Source: an uncultured Candidatus Saccharibacteria bacterium (lineage in GTDB: Bacteria; Patescibacteriota; Saccharimonadia; CAILAD01; JADZBC01). From it: a stretch of DNA of 64,000 nucleotides. Below, one piece after another: positions 9,652 through 19,166 of this stretch. The stretch lies in contig CAYTBW010000005.1 of assembly GCA_964436255.1 (NCBI GenBank), positions 6,374 through 70,373 on the forward strand, in the 5' to 3' direction. Position 1 is the stretch's first letter. Every line of letters starts with the position of its first letter. Made by a program: the position numbers and the translations under genes. Under the pieces are notes generated by a model. The model saw only the letters and a list, made by a program, of their open reading frames with translations. It searched no databases and had not been told where the DNA came from.

Positions 9652-10566
9652 ATGAAGACTAGACCAGCAAGCAGAAGATGGTACTCTTACGTTGGTAGGA
9701 TTCTGCTTGGAGTTGTTCTATCACTACTGCTTGTTTTTGTCTGCGCACGAGCGACTGAACTCATTGGAGGATTTAGCTCCGTTGGCGGAGAAGTGATGTC
9801 AAAAGAGCAAGAGTCCCAGTATTTATTCATTTTGGTCACCTTATATGGCCTTATCACTGCAGCATTTCTATTAGTTGCATTCATAAAAAGGCATTTTCGC
9901 TTAACCTCCGTAGTTGTCGCCATGACTTGGCTGGGTGGGCTAATTCTTACTGGCATCGTCATGGTGTTCCAGACTTCTGAGCCATACCGATATAGCGCAA
10001 TAACTCAAGCAAAACAGTGCACAGCAATAGTACTAACGGACCAAGGGCACGGCAGCGGTTTCTCAGTTAAGCCGGGGTACTTGTTGACCAACTACCATGT
10101 CGTACAGGGTTCTACAAACTTAAAAGTTTATGCCAATCAAGAATTACCAGCGTCAGTAGTCGCATATTCTGAGGCCGAAGACTTAGCGCTACTCAAGATG
10201 TCTGAGGAAATACCGACATGCGCATTGGCTGATTCTAGTACTTTTAAATTGGCTGAAGAGCTATATATTGTTGGGTGGCCGAACAGCCCCTATGGGGAAT
10301 CTACGGTAACTAAAGGGATTTACTCTCGTATGATTGACGAACAGCAGGCTAGTAATGAGCTTGGATTCGGGTATGTAAAGCTAATTCAGACAGACGCAAG
10401 CATTAACTCAGGAAACTCTGGAGGTCCCCTAGTCAACTCCAGGGGCGTAGTGGGGATGAATACAGGAAAGCTCGTAAGCCAAGATGAAAGTGATTCTGTC
10501 GAAGGTATTGGTTATGCTATAAGCGCTGAAAACATCCGAGCCTTCATCGGGAAAAATATGCCCTAG
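9652..10566 (+). CDS. Membrane-anchored trypsin-like (S1C/HtrA-type, PDZ-less) serine protease
   Basis: GSGF, TNYHV, DLALL, IQTDASINSGNSGGPL; three N-terminal TM helices. Confidence 0.88.
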   Translation: MKTRPASRRWYSYVGRILLGVVLSLLLVFVCARATELIGGFSSVGGEVMSKEQESQYLFILVTLYGLITAAFLLVAFIKRHFRLTSVVVAMTWLGGLILTGIVMVFQTSEPYRYSAITQAKQCTAIVLTDQGHGSGFSVKPGYLLTNYHVVQGSTNLKVYANQELPASVVAYSEAEDLALLKMSEEIPTCALADSSTFKLAEELYIVGWPNSPYGESTVTKGIYSRMIDEQQASNELGFGYVKLIQTDASINSGNSGGPLVNSRGVVGMNTGKLVSQDESDSVEGIGYAISAENIRAFIGKNMP

Positions 10567-10667
10567 AGGGCTAAATAGTTAGCTCCTCGAAACTTGTAGC
10601 CAAATTCTTTGCGGTATGCCTGCTCTAGGTCCGATGGATCTGCTATTTGGGTAAATCTTCCACACAT
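10563..10667 (-). pseudogene. Truncated SRAP (YedK/HMCES-like) N-terminal remnant
   Basis: Hand translation MCGRFTQIADPSDLEQAYRKEFGYKFRGANYLAL*; MCGRF is the SRAP N-terminal signature. Confidence 0.55.
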
Positions 10668-10730
10668 ACGATGATTATTCCACCAAGATAAACCATCGTT
10701 TAGCCATCAGCGATCTGATAATATACCAAC

Positions 10731-11444
10731 ATGAAGCCCCATAAGAATATAGGCCTACACCCAGATAATGCAATCAAGATAGCACTAAAGCTATTCGACA
10801 ATAAGCAAACGGTTGAAGAAAAAATTAAGCTTCTATTAGATACCCGCCCAATTAGTAACTTGGCCTTTGTTGATACACCAAAAGACTTTGCAAGCGGTAA
10901 GACCATTGACATCGATACTGGCGAACTGCTTGGCATCGGTTGTGTCGCAACTTATTACAACTGGATGAGTAGAGAAGCTAACAGTGACAATTCGTATCAA
11001 GCAGTAGTTGGCATAGAGGATGTTGGGAAGAATCAAATCGAAAGCCAGCTTTCTGATGGAGCAATATACCACGACCAAACTAATCAGAAGATACTGGCTC
11101 AGCAGGTGATGACGCAAGGTTATCATCCCGACAAATGGATAACCAGCCAAGATGTAATCGACGCAGTGAAAAAGAAAACAATCATACGCAATAATTATCA
11201 TGAAAACTGCATATTGATTGTTAATGTATTCGGCGACAAAGTTAATGTAGATCGCAAGGAAATCTACGATGTGATAAGTAAGTTGCCTGAAAAGTATACT
11301 GACACTTATATGGTAGTTTATGGCTTGCCATCACTAAGCATGGCTCATGTAAGTTTCATTAGTGAAGCTGATGCCCGTGGCCTAGTTATCAAATTAGAAA
11401 GACACGAGTACGAAGATATTTGGCGTTTTAACAAAGTGAACTAA
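10731..11444 (+). CDS. Hypothetical protein (possible PD-(D/E)XK-like nuclease fold)
   Basis: 237-aa AT-rich ORF; SDGAI..LAQQV..VIDAVKKK..Y..ILIVNV pattern (weak). Confidence 0.55.
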   Translation: MKPHKNIGLHPDNAIKIALKLFDNKQTVEEKIKLLLDTRPISNLAFVDTPKDFASGKTIDIDTGELLGIGCVATYYNWMSREANSDNSYQAVVGIEDVGKNQIESQLSDGAIYHDQTNQKILAQQVMTQGYHPDKWITSQDVIDAVKKKTIIRNNYHENCILIVNVFGDKVNVDRKEIYDVISKLPEKYTDTYMVVYGLPSLSMAHVSFISEADARGLVIKLERHEYEDIWRFNKVN

Positions 11445-11620
11445 ATTCAGTTATGTGTACCGCTGAATGCTTTGTTAACTCGCTCCGTGGGTGTAGATAC
11501 TACCTGGGTCAAGAAGGGTGAAAGCCCCTTTGTATGATGGGCGGATTGATAATAAAACCACCGGGTACCCTACGGCTTTAATGACACACTAAAGCTAAAA
11601 GGTATGTTTAATGTCCTCCC

Positions 11621-11640
11621 ATGCCGAGGGATAGACTCAT
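11621..11640 (-). repeat. att core, copy 2, plus the displaced original ychF 5' end (ATG AGT CTA TCC CTC GGC AT = MSLSLG)
   Basis: Joining this to ychF beyond the core gives MSLSLGIVGLPNVGKS. Confidence 0.9.
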
Positions 11641-11647
11641 GCCTATA

Positions 11648-11656
11648 ATTATACCA
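11648..11656 (-). promoter_or_regulatory. Original leaderless ychF promoter (extended -10 TGGTATAAT)
   Basis: -10 box lies 7 nt upstream of the orphaned ATG at 11640. Confidence 0.7.
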
Positions 11657-11718
11657 GGTTTAGCTTGAGATTGACGCCTGGCTGGACTATAGTAGTACCA
11701 TAAGCTTTTTATCTATAG

Positions 11719-14700
11719 ATGAATGATATAACTCCACCAAAAAAGACTTTGAGTGAGGTAGTTGCTCAGGCCGACCAGGCCCCTGTTGCTTCTGCCAGCA
11801 ATGTTATGTCAAAACGCCGCCGGTGGCCGAGAGTTTTATTTGGTATAATTGGCCTAGCATTGGTCGTTGGTGGCTATATGGGGTGGCAGACTTGGAATAA
11901 TAGAAACTATCCACCAAAAGGTACGTACGCCATAGTTGCTTCGCAGTCAGAGAGTCAAAAGAATTTCGATGAGATTATGGCTGCATATATAAAGTTCGAC
12001 CAACAAAGTGCTGCTGGGAAAGACATTGACGCCAAGAAGGTTGAGCGCAGGGCCGCAGACGAGGTCGTGTTAAGGCTTGGCCTACAGGAAGAAGCGAGTA
12101 AAAGAAGTAAGCTTAACTGCACTCAGCAAAAAGTCGACGAGATTATGAAGGATCGCTATGTTGCCGCAGGCAGTAGAAGTGATTTTTACAGCCAACTGAA
12201 TGAGCAGTATGGCTGGACGGAGCAGGTAACAATGCACCAAGAATGCCTCGAGTATTACAAAGAACAGTTGAGTGACGAGTTAATATCGGGCCACGAATTA
12301 TTTGGGATATATGTACGCTGGGACATTGCTCTAGGTCAGCCAGATGATGTTAAGGCATCCGTGGAGCGCAAGGCTGTCGCTAAATTGACCAATGATTTCT
12401 TGCCGATGTTTGAGGCAGATAAGTCGGATCAAGATATCTCTGCCAAAGCAGATGTGAACGAGACAACAACTGATGAAGAATTTAATGCCAAGGTAGTGTC
12501 CATTGATGAGCCGCCAACAAGGATCATTAAGCTCGCGCGCTTCAATAGCGAAGTATATAAGACGTTCCAGCAGTACTCAGAAGGGGAGGACGAAACAGGC
12601 TACGTAGACGGTTTGGCGGAAGGCTCTCATACAAAGGTTTTCAAATCCAAAACAGGCTACTATGTGATCTATCGATCTACTAAGAAGTTCACTGGAATCT
12701 ATGAGTCGTATGACCAAATGTTAGGCAAGGTTGTGGAGTCTGCGAAGGTAAGTAAGTCTTACAGCCAGCTCCCACCAGCTGAAAAAACCGAACCAAAGCC
12801 GCAGGAGACAAGCCAAGGTCTATCCTGGGTCTCGAAGCTACTTGGAGGCGCCCTGCGTGCGATTACCCCTAGAGCTGAAGCGGCCACACCAAATAGCATT
12901 ACTTGCTATGGCGATTCGCACAAGCTACCGTTTAGTATAGAATATCGTGATGCAGCCACAAAAAGCATCATCCAGAGTAATACCGGGCAGATTAAGGTTA
13001 CAAGCACTGGTGATATTAGGACCCCGTGTAAGGATGAGCCAGCTGCTGGTACAAATGCCTTTGGAGTCAATATCGCGTACAGCGGCATCAACAACGGTCA
13101 GATCTCTTATACTACAGGGCTACACCCTAACCCTTGGAGCTTTGGCTTAACATGCTATACATCATGGCGTTTTAACTTTGGCGCACCGACTGGCTACGAA
13201 GAGCTTTCGAGTGCTGACTACACGAACAAGAATCGTTTCTACCTTAAGACCGAGTATGCTTCGAGCAACTACGCGGGCTATACCGCATCGAGCATTGCAG
13301 GGCAGTACCAGATTCCACAACAATATTATGCAAACATAGCCAATGGAGCCAAGGGCTTTACGATACGGGTTTACTTTACAAAAAAACCGCCACAGGAAGG
13401 ACCTAAGGGGGAAATAAAGTCATCTTCAAAATATAAAAAGACCAATGGAGAGTATACTACTGGTGACGCGTTTCCTAACGACTCTTTAACGGAAGATCAA
13501 AAGAAGAAGTTCTTTTGTCTGAAGGGACTAAAAGAGTTTACCCCCTCGGTAGATTATTCAACGAGATGCTCTGCAAATATAGTCGGTGGCCTAGCCCAGC
13601 CTAATAAGCTCTGGGGGGGGTCTCAGGCTGCAGATAAACTTGACGTAGGGGTTTATAGCGCAGGCATATACGGCGGCCTTACGGACTATTCGATCGCCAA
13701 GATAGAGGTCACATACCCAGCCCAGTGTCAGTCACATGCCGCCGGCAAGGAGACGTTTAGTTCCGTCGGTGCAGTTAAGGTTCGCGTATGTGAAGGCCAG
13801 ACTCCTACGGTAGTCTTTTACTTTGATCCACCGAGCGCTGCAGCCCGGTTTGGCCCATGGCTTAAGGCTCAAAGGGGCAATGTAATGTCACTTGGCAGCA
13901 TCGTAGGGCAAAGCAAAACCATTAATGGCGGAGCTGGGTCCGGCAATCAAGAGGCCGAATACTTAGTGATGGCTGTTAGCTCTACGAACTTCTGCAGTCC
14001 ATACAATCTTGGCAAAGTAACAGACACAGCTAGCTGTCGATATGATCTCGGCTATGAGTCGAATACTGATTTCGATGCGAATACCGATAAAGTTATTGCC
14101 GGCGTTGAAAAGATCTTTGAAGGAGGTGGGTATACGGGCTCGTGTTCTTCCGCAAGACCATACAAGGTCTTCATGGATATGAAGAGCACATTCCAGGCAA
14201 CTCAATCAAGTACTAATAGTGGCTTCGGGGGTACGCCCGACTGCCCTGTGATAGGCAAGGTAGACGCCACCTCATTTGCGGCCCAGCACTTCTTTACTCA
14301 GGACAGGGCAACTATTTATGTCGATCAGGACTTGACGATTACTGCGAATAATATAGTGCAGTTTAGTGGCGGGGGCTACGCTTCGGTTAATAAGATTCCG
14401 AATGTAGGATTGATCGTGAAGGGGAATGTGACGATAGCACCAGGTGTAACTCAATTGGATATGTCCATCTATGCAAGCGGGAAGATTAAGACATGCTCGA
14501 CTTATCCTTCTAGTGAGTGCAGGAATCAACTTAAAGTAAGGGGAATGCTGGCTGCAGGGAAGGGGTTTGAGTTCGGACGTAATGCGTATGGCTCATCAAC
14601 GCCCGCGGAACTAATAATCGGATCTGGGCTCGTCGAAGCTTTTCCGCCTCCTGGATTCCTTGATCTGTATGGCCAGAACGTGAAAGGGGTCAAGTACCTC

Positions 14701-14727
14701 ACCACCAAAGGGAGCCCACGTTTCTAG
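11719..14727 (+). CDS. Large pilus-associated surface/adhesin-like protein with an N-terminal SurA/PpiC-like region
   Basis: N-terminal TM; C-terminal GLIVKGNVTIAPGV..IYASGKIKTC..C.NQLKVRG..AELII segment resembling CPR pilus-locus proteins; directly upstream of pilM. Confidence 0.6.
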   Translation: MNDITPPKKTLSEVVAQADQAPVASASNVMSKRRRWPRVLFGIIGLALVVGGYMGWQTWNNRNYPPKGTYAIVASQSESQKNFDEIMAAYIKFDQQSAAGKDIDAKKVERRAADEVVLRLGLQEEASKRSKLNCTQQKVDEIMKDRYVAAGSRSDFYSQLNEQYGWTEQVTMHQECLEYYKEQLSDELISGHELFGIYVRWDIALGQPDDVKASVERKAVAKLTNDFLPMFEADKSDQDISAKADVNETTTDEEFNAKVVSIDEPPTRIIKLARFNSEVYKTFQQYSEGEDETGYVDGLAEGSHTKVFKSKTGYYVIYRSTKKFTGIYESYDQMLGKVVESAKVSKSYSQLPPAEKTEPKPQETSQGLSWVSKLLGGALRAITPRAEAATPNSITCYGDSHKLPFSIEYRDAATKSIIQSNTGQIKVTSTGDIRTPCKDEPAAGTNAFGVNIAYSGINNGQISYTTGLHPNPWSFGLTCYTSWRFNFGAPTGYEELSSADYTNKNRFYLKTEYASSNYAGYTASSIAGQYQIPQQYYANIANGAKGFTIRVYFTKKPPQEGPKGEIKSSSKYKKTNGEYTTGDAFPNDSLTEDQKKKFFCLKGLKEFTPSVDYSTRCSANIVGGLAQPNKLWGGSQAADKLDVGVYSAGIYGGLTDYSIAKIEVTYPAQCQSHAAGKETFSSVGAVKVRVCEGQTPTVVFYFDPPSAAARFGPWLKAQRGNVMSLGSIVGQSKTINGGAGSGNQEAEYLVMAVSSTNFCSPYNLGKVTDTASCRYDLGYESNTDFDANTDKVIAGVEKIFEGGGYTGSCSSARPYKVFMDMKSTFQATQSSTNSGFGGTPDCPVIGKVDATSFAAQHFFTQDRATIYVDQDLTITANNIVQFSGGGYASVNKIPNVGLIVKGNVTIAPGVTQLDMSIYASGKIKTCSTYPSSECRNQLKVRGMLAAGKGFEFGRNAYGSSTPAELIIGSGLVEAFPPPGFLDLYGQNVKGVKYLTTKGSPRF

Positions 14728-14796
14728 CCCAGGCAGTTGTAGGATTATCTAAAAACCACCTGTTGAGTTCATAGTACTTATGCTAATATAAGGTAT

Positions 14797-15837
14797 ATGA
14801 GTTTATTCACTGAAGAAGAGAATTTTTTTGGGCTAGACCTAGGAGCTAGCAGTATTAAGCTGGTTCAGCTCAAGCAGATGCATGGCAAGCCAAGCCTGCT
14901 TACCTATGGCGATATGGAATTATCACCAAACCTGTTGGCTAGCGATTCCCCTGTGGATCAGGATAAGCTGGCTGGTATGATCAAACAGCTAGTGGAAGAC
15001 GCGCGAGTTTCTACCAAGAACGTAGTCGCGGCCCTGCCGTCAAACTTCTCGTATGCCGCGGTAATAACTATGCCTAAACTTGGTCATGATGAGCTGGCGA
15101 ATGCCGTTCGATTCCAGGCAGACAAATACATTCCGATGGCAATTGACCAGGTTAAGCTTGATTGGGCAGTGCTTGGCCCTAAACCAGACAGCGAAGACGA
15201 GCTAGAGGTTTTATTGGTAGCGGCTCCGATTTCATTAGCCAACAAGTACCTGAATGTTATGCAGAAAGCTGGGCTAGAGCTTCTGGCCCTTGAGATCAAC
15301 CCGATCGCGCAGACGCGCTCTCTGCTTCCAACCGAACACGACCCACTAATGATTATTGATTTTGGCTCTGTAGCAACTGACATGGCAATTGTAACGGGTC
15401 AGGCACCACGCCTGATTCGTTCTGCAAATGTTGGTTCGCGAACCATGGTGCGGGTCTTGGCCCAGAACCTTAGTCTGGATGAGGAGCAAGCTGAGCAGTT
15501 CATGCGTAAATTCGGGCTTGTACACACCAAGCTGGACGGCCAGGTGTTTAACGCTCTAAAGCCTGCCGTGGACGGTGTGGTACAAGAGATTACCAAGTCG
15601 ATCAATTACTTTCATGAATCAAACCCAGACTTAAAAGTGTCAAAGCTCATCATTACTGGTGGAACGGCAGCACTTCCGGGCCTGCCCGCATACCTAGCTA
15701 ACACTACTGGGATCACAGTGGAAATCGGCAATCCCTGGAACAATATTAGTTATCCTGCCAACTTAGAATCTAAGCTGACGCCATTGTCGCTTACGTATGG
15801 TAGCGCCATTGGCCTGGCTATGAGGGGGATGGTATAG
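14797..15837 (+). CDS. pilM: Type IV pilus assembly protein PilM
   Basis: GLDLGASSIKLVQL, EVLLVAAP, IDFGS, IITGGTA, AIGLAMR actin-like motifs. Confidence 0.93.
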   Translation: MSLFTEEENFFGLDLGASSIKLVQLKQMHGKPSLLTYGDMELSPNLLASDSPVDQDKLAGMIKQLVEDARVSTKNVVAALPSNFSYAAVITMPKLGHDELANAVRFQADKYIPMAIDQVKLDWAVLGPKPDSEDELEVLLVAAPISLANKYLNVMQKAGLELLALEINPIAQTRSLLPTEHDPLMIIDFGSVATDMAIVTGQAPRLIRSANVGSRTMVRVLAQNLSLDEEQAEQFMRKFGLVHTKLDGQVFNALKPAVDGVVQEITKSINYFHESNPDLKVSKLIITGGTAALPGLPAYLANTTGITVEIGNPWNNISYPANLESKLTPLSLTYGSAIGLAMRGMV

Positions 15838-15838
15838 C

Positions 15839-16447
15839 ATGGCTGTGCTAATCAACTTATTGCCAGAGGCCAGACTGGCTAAGCTACGCGATATTAAGCG
15901 CAAGCGATTAGCTACTACCGTTATGATTGTGGTGTGCGTAATTATCCTGACAGTCATTGGCACGCTTTTAGTTCTCATGGCGTACAACGCAACCGTTTCT
16001 GCTGCCAATAAGGGGGAGATTAATACTCTAAATGAAGAGATTGCTAAGTCCAAGGATATGGAGCAGCAGACCGCAACCATCCAGGAGCACTTAGCTTCGT
16101 TCTATTCGCTCAACAGTAGCCGCCTGTACGCTAGCGAGATCTTCAGCAACTTTGGTAATACCATTCCTGCAGAGGTTACAGTGTCGAGCTTTGCATTGGC
16201 GGACGACTATACGGCAACGATTAGCGGTAGCACCTCGAGTATTAAACAAGTTAGTATATTCTCTAACGCCCTTGAGGAATATAACAAGAACTTTAAGATA
16301 CAGGAGAACCTGGATCGCAAGCAGCTCTTTAGTGACGTCAAAATAACTTCGGTTAGCAAGGACAACACAACTTCTAAAGTAACCTTTAGTATGACATTCA
16401 AGGTGGACCCTAGCTTATTCAAAACGAAAGGAGGCAAGAGCTCATGA
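15839..16447 (+). CDS. pilN: Type IV pilus assembly protein PilN
   Basis: INLLP motif, single TM, coiled coil; follows pilM. Confidence 0.85.
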   Translation: MAVLINLLPEARLAKLRDIKRKRLATTVMIVVCVIILTVIGTLLVLMAYNATVSAANKGEINTLNEEIAKSKDMEQQTATIQEHLASFYSLNSSRLYASEIFSNFGNTIPAEVTVSSFALADDYTATISGSTSSIKQVSIFSNALEEYNKNFKIQENLDRKQLFSDVKITSVSKDNTTSKVTFSMTFKVDPSLFKTKGGKSS

Positions 16448-17112
16448 GTCCGCAGCAACAAAGTCCGGCACAAACGCCCAAGCAAGTTGAGCATCCTAAG
16501 ACGCCCGTTTCAATGAATGATAAGCTGGCAGCCAAAAACTTCCTGACTATCATGGGGGTAGTCACGGTCGCCGTGGTTGTAATTGGCGGTTATTTCATCT
16601 ATCAACTTGGCCAAACTTACGTACGTACCGCCAATGAAGTAAAGGCCCAAGACAGGCAGGTCGCCGCGCTTAAGAAGAAACAGACAGATCTGGAGGCACT
16701 GAAGCCGGCTTACAACAGTATTATTCAAAAGCCAGCCGGTGGTATTAGTGATGCCGAGCTTGTATTGCGAGCGGTGCCTGTCAGCGAAGACTACAAGAGC
16801 TTAATCGCATCACTTGAAAAGATCGGGCAAGAGAGTGGCGTTAAAGTTACATCCGTGAGCCAAACTGCTAGCGTTGCGACCACCACAAGCGCCGCTGGCC
16901 AGCCCCAGTCATTCGGCTTCACGGTCAACTTAGAGGGCCCTTACGACAAAATATTCACCTTCCTGCAGAACACCGAGCGATCTGCCAGGGTGATGAACTT
17001 TTCAAACATGACACTATCGGGCAATTCAGGCACAGTAACTGCAAGCTTGAGCATGAAGACGTACTGGCAGTTGCCGGCAGACATTAGTGATAAAACGGAG
17101 CCACTACGATGA
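16444..17112 (+). CDS. pilO: Type IV pilus assembly protein PilO
   Basis: TM + coiled coil + GPYDKIFTFLQNTERSAR; follows pilN. Confidence 0.8.
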   Translation: MSPQQQSPAQTPKQVEHPKTPVSMNDKLAAKNFLTIMGVVTVAVVVIGGYFIYQLGQTYVRTANEVKAQDRQVAALKKKQTDLEALKPAYNSIIQKPAGGISDAELVLRAVPVSEDYKSLIASLEKIGQESGVKVTSVSQTASVATTTSAAGQPQSFGFTVNLEGPYDKIFTFLQNTERSARVMNFSNMTLSGNSGTVTASLSMKTYWQLPADISDKTEPLR

Positions 17113-17348
17113 AAAAACGTGACATCATTACCCTCATTGTTTCGGTTGTAATACTGCTTATTGCTGGTGCGCTGATTTACCGTTACTTTGTCCCGCCTTC
17201 ACAAAACAACGGGGTTCAGGTGGTTGTGCCGCGGCCGGTTCAGACTACATTTGACCAGCAGCAGCTCGATACCCTGAAGAACGACGTAACCGATTTTACC
17301 CCCGACATTACACCAACTGATTCAGCAGCCAAGCCAATAATTCAGTAA
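17109..17348 (+). CDS. Small single-TM pilus-locus protein (PilP position)
   Basis: 79 aa, N-terminal TM, ATGA overlap with pilO. Confidence 0.65.
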   Translation: MKKRDIITLIVSVVILLIAGALIYRYFVPPSQNNGVQVVVPRPVQTTFDQQQLDTLKNDVTDFTPDITPTDSAAKPIIQ

Positions 17349-17360
17349 AGGGGCGTAACA

Positions 17361-19157
17361 GTGCTTTCCAGCGACACAGCACAAAAGATAGAGCAGATCA
17401 TCATCGACAATAAGCTTGTCGATGATGGGGTTCTGCGTGTAGCGAAAGAGCAGGCGAACAGTATGGGCAAGACTCTTATTGAAGTACTAGTTGAGCGCAA
17501 GGCAATTACCGATGAGGATAGTACTAAACTTATTGCCCTGACGAGCGGTACGCCGTATGTTGATCTCAAGAGTCGCGAGATTGACCAGAAGGTATTAAAA
17601 CTTTTACCTAGGGACGTTGCTTCAACATATATGGCGGTACCATTTGCCATGAATGGTGCGAAGCTTCAGGTCGCCATGGTCGATCCTTCCAACCTCCAGG
17701 CGGTTGACTTCATAGCACGTAAGACTGGGTACGGCCTAGAAACGTTCATGGCAACCAAGCAGCAAGTAGATGCCGTGCTAGGCAACTACACTGAGGGTCT
17801 AGGCGCAGAGGTTGCCCAGGTGTTGGACAGGGCCGCTACTACTCAGCAAGCTGCTACTGATGCGCAGGCCGAGAAGAAATCGTTTAAAGACTCGGCCAAA
17901 GAAGTTGAGAATCTGGTACAGGATGCGCCGATTACTCGAGCCCTTAACGCGATACTTGAATATGCGATTAACTCCAAGGCATCTGACATTCATATAGAAC
18001 CGCGCGAACAGGACCTAAAGATTCGCTTTAGGATTGACGGCATATTGCAAGACGCTATGACATTACCCAAGACCACTGAGCCCCCTCTAATCTCTCGCAT
18101 CAAGATCTTGTCTAACCTCAAGATTGATGAGCACCGCATTCCACAGGATGGCCAGGCTCAGTACAAGGTTGCTGATCGCGAGGTGGATTTGCGTATCGCT
18201 ATAGCACCTATTACTTACGGCGAGCAGGTGGTGATGCGTATCTTAGACAAGAGTGAATCACTCATGACCCTGGATAGTTTAGGCTTCAGGGGTAGATCCT
18301 TGCGCTTGATCGAGCAGGGGATGAAAAAGCCCCACGGCATGATCCTCTCAACTGGGCCAACGGGCTCGGGTAAGTCCACCACACTGTATGCCGTTATCCA
18401 GGAAATTAAGGACGTATCGATAAACATCGTTACGCTAGAGGACCCGGTAGAGTACAAGATGGATGGAATAAACCAAATCCAGGTAAATAGCGCAGTCGGG
18501 CTGACGTTCGCTTCGGGCTTACGCTCGATCCTACGTCAGGATCCGAACGTAATTATGGTTGGCGAGATTCGTGACCACGAGACTGCAGATTTGGCCGTGC
18601 AGGCCTCCCTGACGGGTCACGTGGTATTATCTACGCTTCACACGAACTCTGCTTCTGGCGTGCTCCCCAGAATGTTGGACATGGATATAGAGCCCTTCTT
18701 GATCGCGTCTACGATCAATACGGTGATTGGACAGCGCTTGGTACGTAAGGTATGCGAGAACTGTAAAAAGCCGGTCGAATCGACCGAAGCGGCCACCCAG
18801 ATGATCAATCGGGCACTAAGCGCAGTGTTGCCGAAGAGCGAGTCTGAGGCGGCTGCTAAGGCTGAAGAATTGGGTTACGACAATTTGCCAATCTATAACG
18901 AAAAAGCTTATACTTTGTATAAGGGGGAGGGCTGCTCTCAGTGTGCCGATGGCTACAAGGGCAGAACTGGTATTTACGAAGTGTTTGAAATGAACACGGC
19001 CATGGAGAAGCTTCTGTTGAGCCATGCGACTACCGCAGACATTCAAAAGCAAGCGCAGGCAGATGGCATGCTGACTATGCAGCAAGACGGTATACTTAAG
19101 GTCCTCATGGGCGTGACAACGATCGAAGAAGTATCGAGGGTAGCAAGTGATTATTAA
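17361..19157 (+). CDS. pilB: Type IV pilus extension ATPase PilB
   Basis: ASDIHIEP, GPTGSGKSTT, LRQDPNVIMVGEIRD, STLHTNSA, CxxC..CxxC zinc site. Confidence 0.95.
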   Translation: MLSSDTAQKIEQIIIDNKLVDDGVLRVAKEQANSMGKTLIEVLVERKAITDEDSTKLIALTSGTPYVDLKSREIDQKVLKLLPRDVASTYMAVPFAMNGAKLQVAMVDPSNLQAVDFIARKTGYGLETFMATKQQVDAVLGNYTEGLGAEVAQVLDRAATTQQAATDAQAEKKSFKDSAKEVENLVQDAPITRALNAILEYAINSKASDIHIEPREQDLKIRFRIDGILQDAMTLPKTTEPPLISRIKILSNLKIDEHRIPQDGQAQYKVADREVDLRIAIAPITYGEQVVMRILDKSESLMTLDSLGFRGRSLRLIEQGMKKPHGMILSTGPTGSGKSTTLYAVIQEIKDVSINIVTLEDPVEYKMDGINQIQVNSAVGLTFASGLRSILRQDPNVIMVGEIRDHETADLAVQASLTGHVVLSTLHTNSASGVLPRMLDMDIEPFLIASTINTVIGQRLVRKVCENCKKPVESTEAATQMINRALSAVLPKSESEAAAKAEELGYDNLPIYNEKAYTLYKGEGCSQCADGYKGRTGIYEVFEMNTAMEKLLLSHATTADIQKQAQADGMLTMQQDGILKVLMGVTTIEEVSRVASDY

Positions 19158-19166
19158 GGAGGGCGG

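Larger units (their letters stand above)
5729..11634. mobile_element. ~5.9-kb integrative element (large serine recombinase) inserted in the 5' end of ychF
   Basis: 14-bp direct repeat ATGCCGAGGGATAG at 5729-5742 and 11621-11634; encloses the recombinase, an excisionase-like HTH, an RHH protein and AT-richer cargo. Confidence 0.9.
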
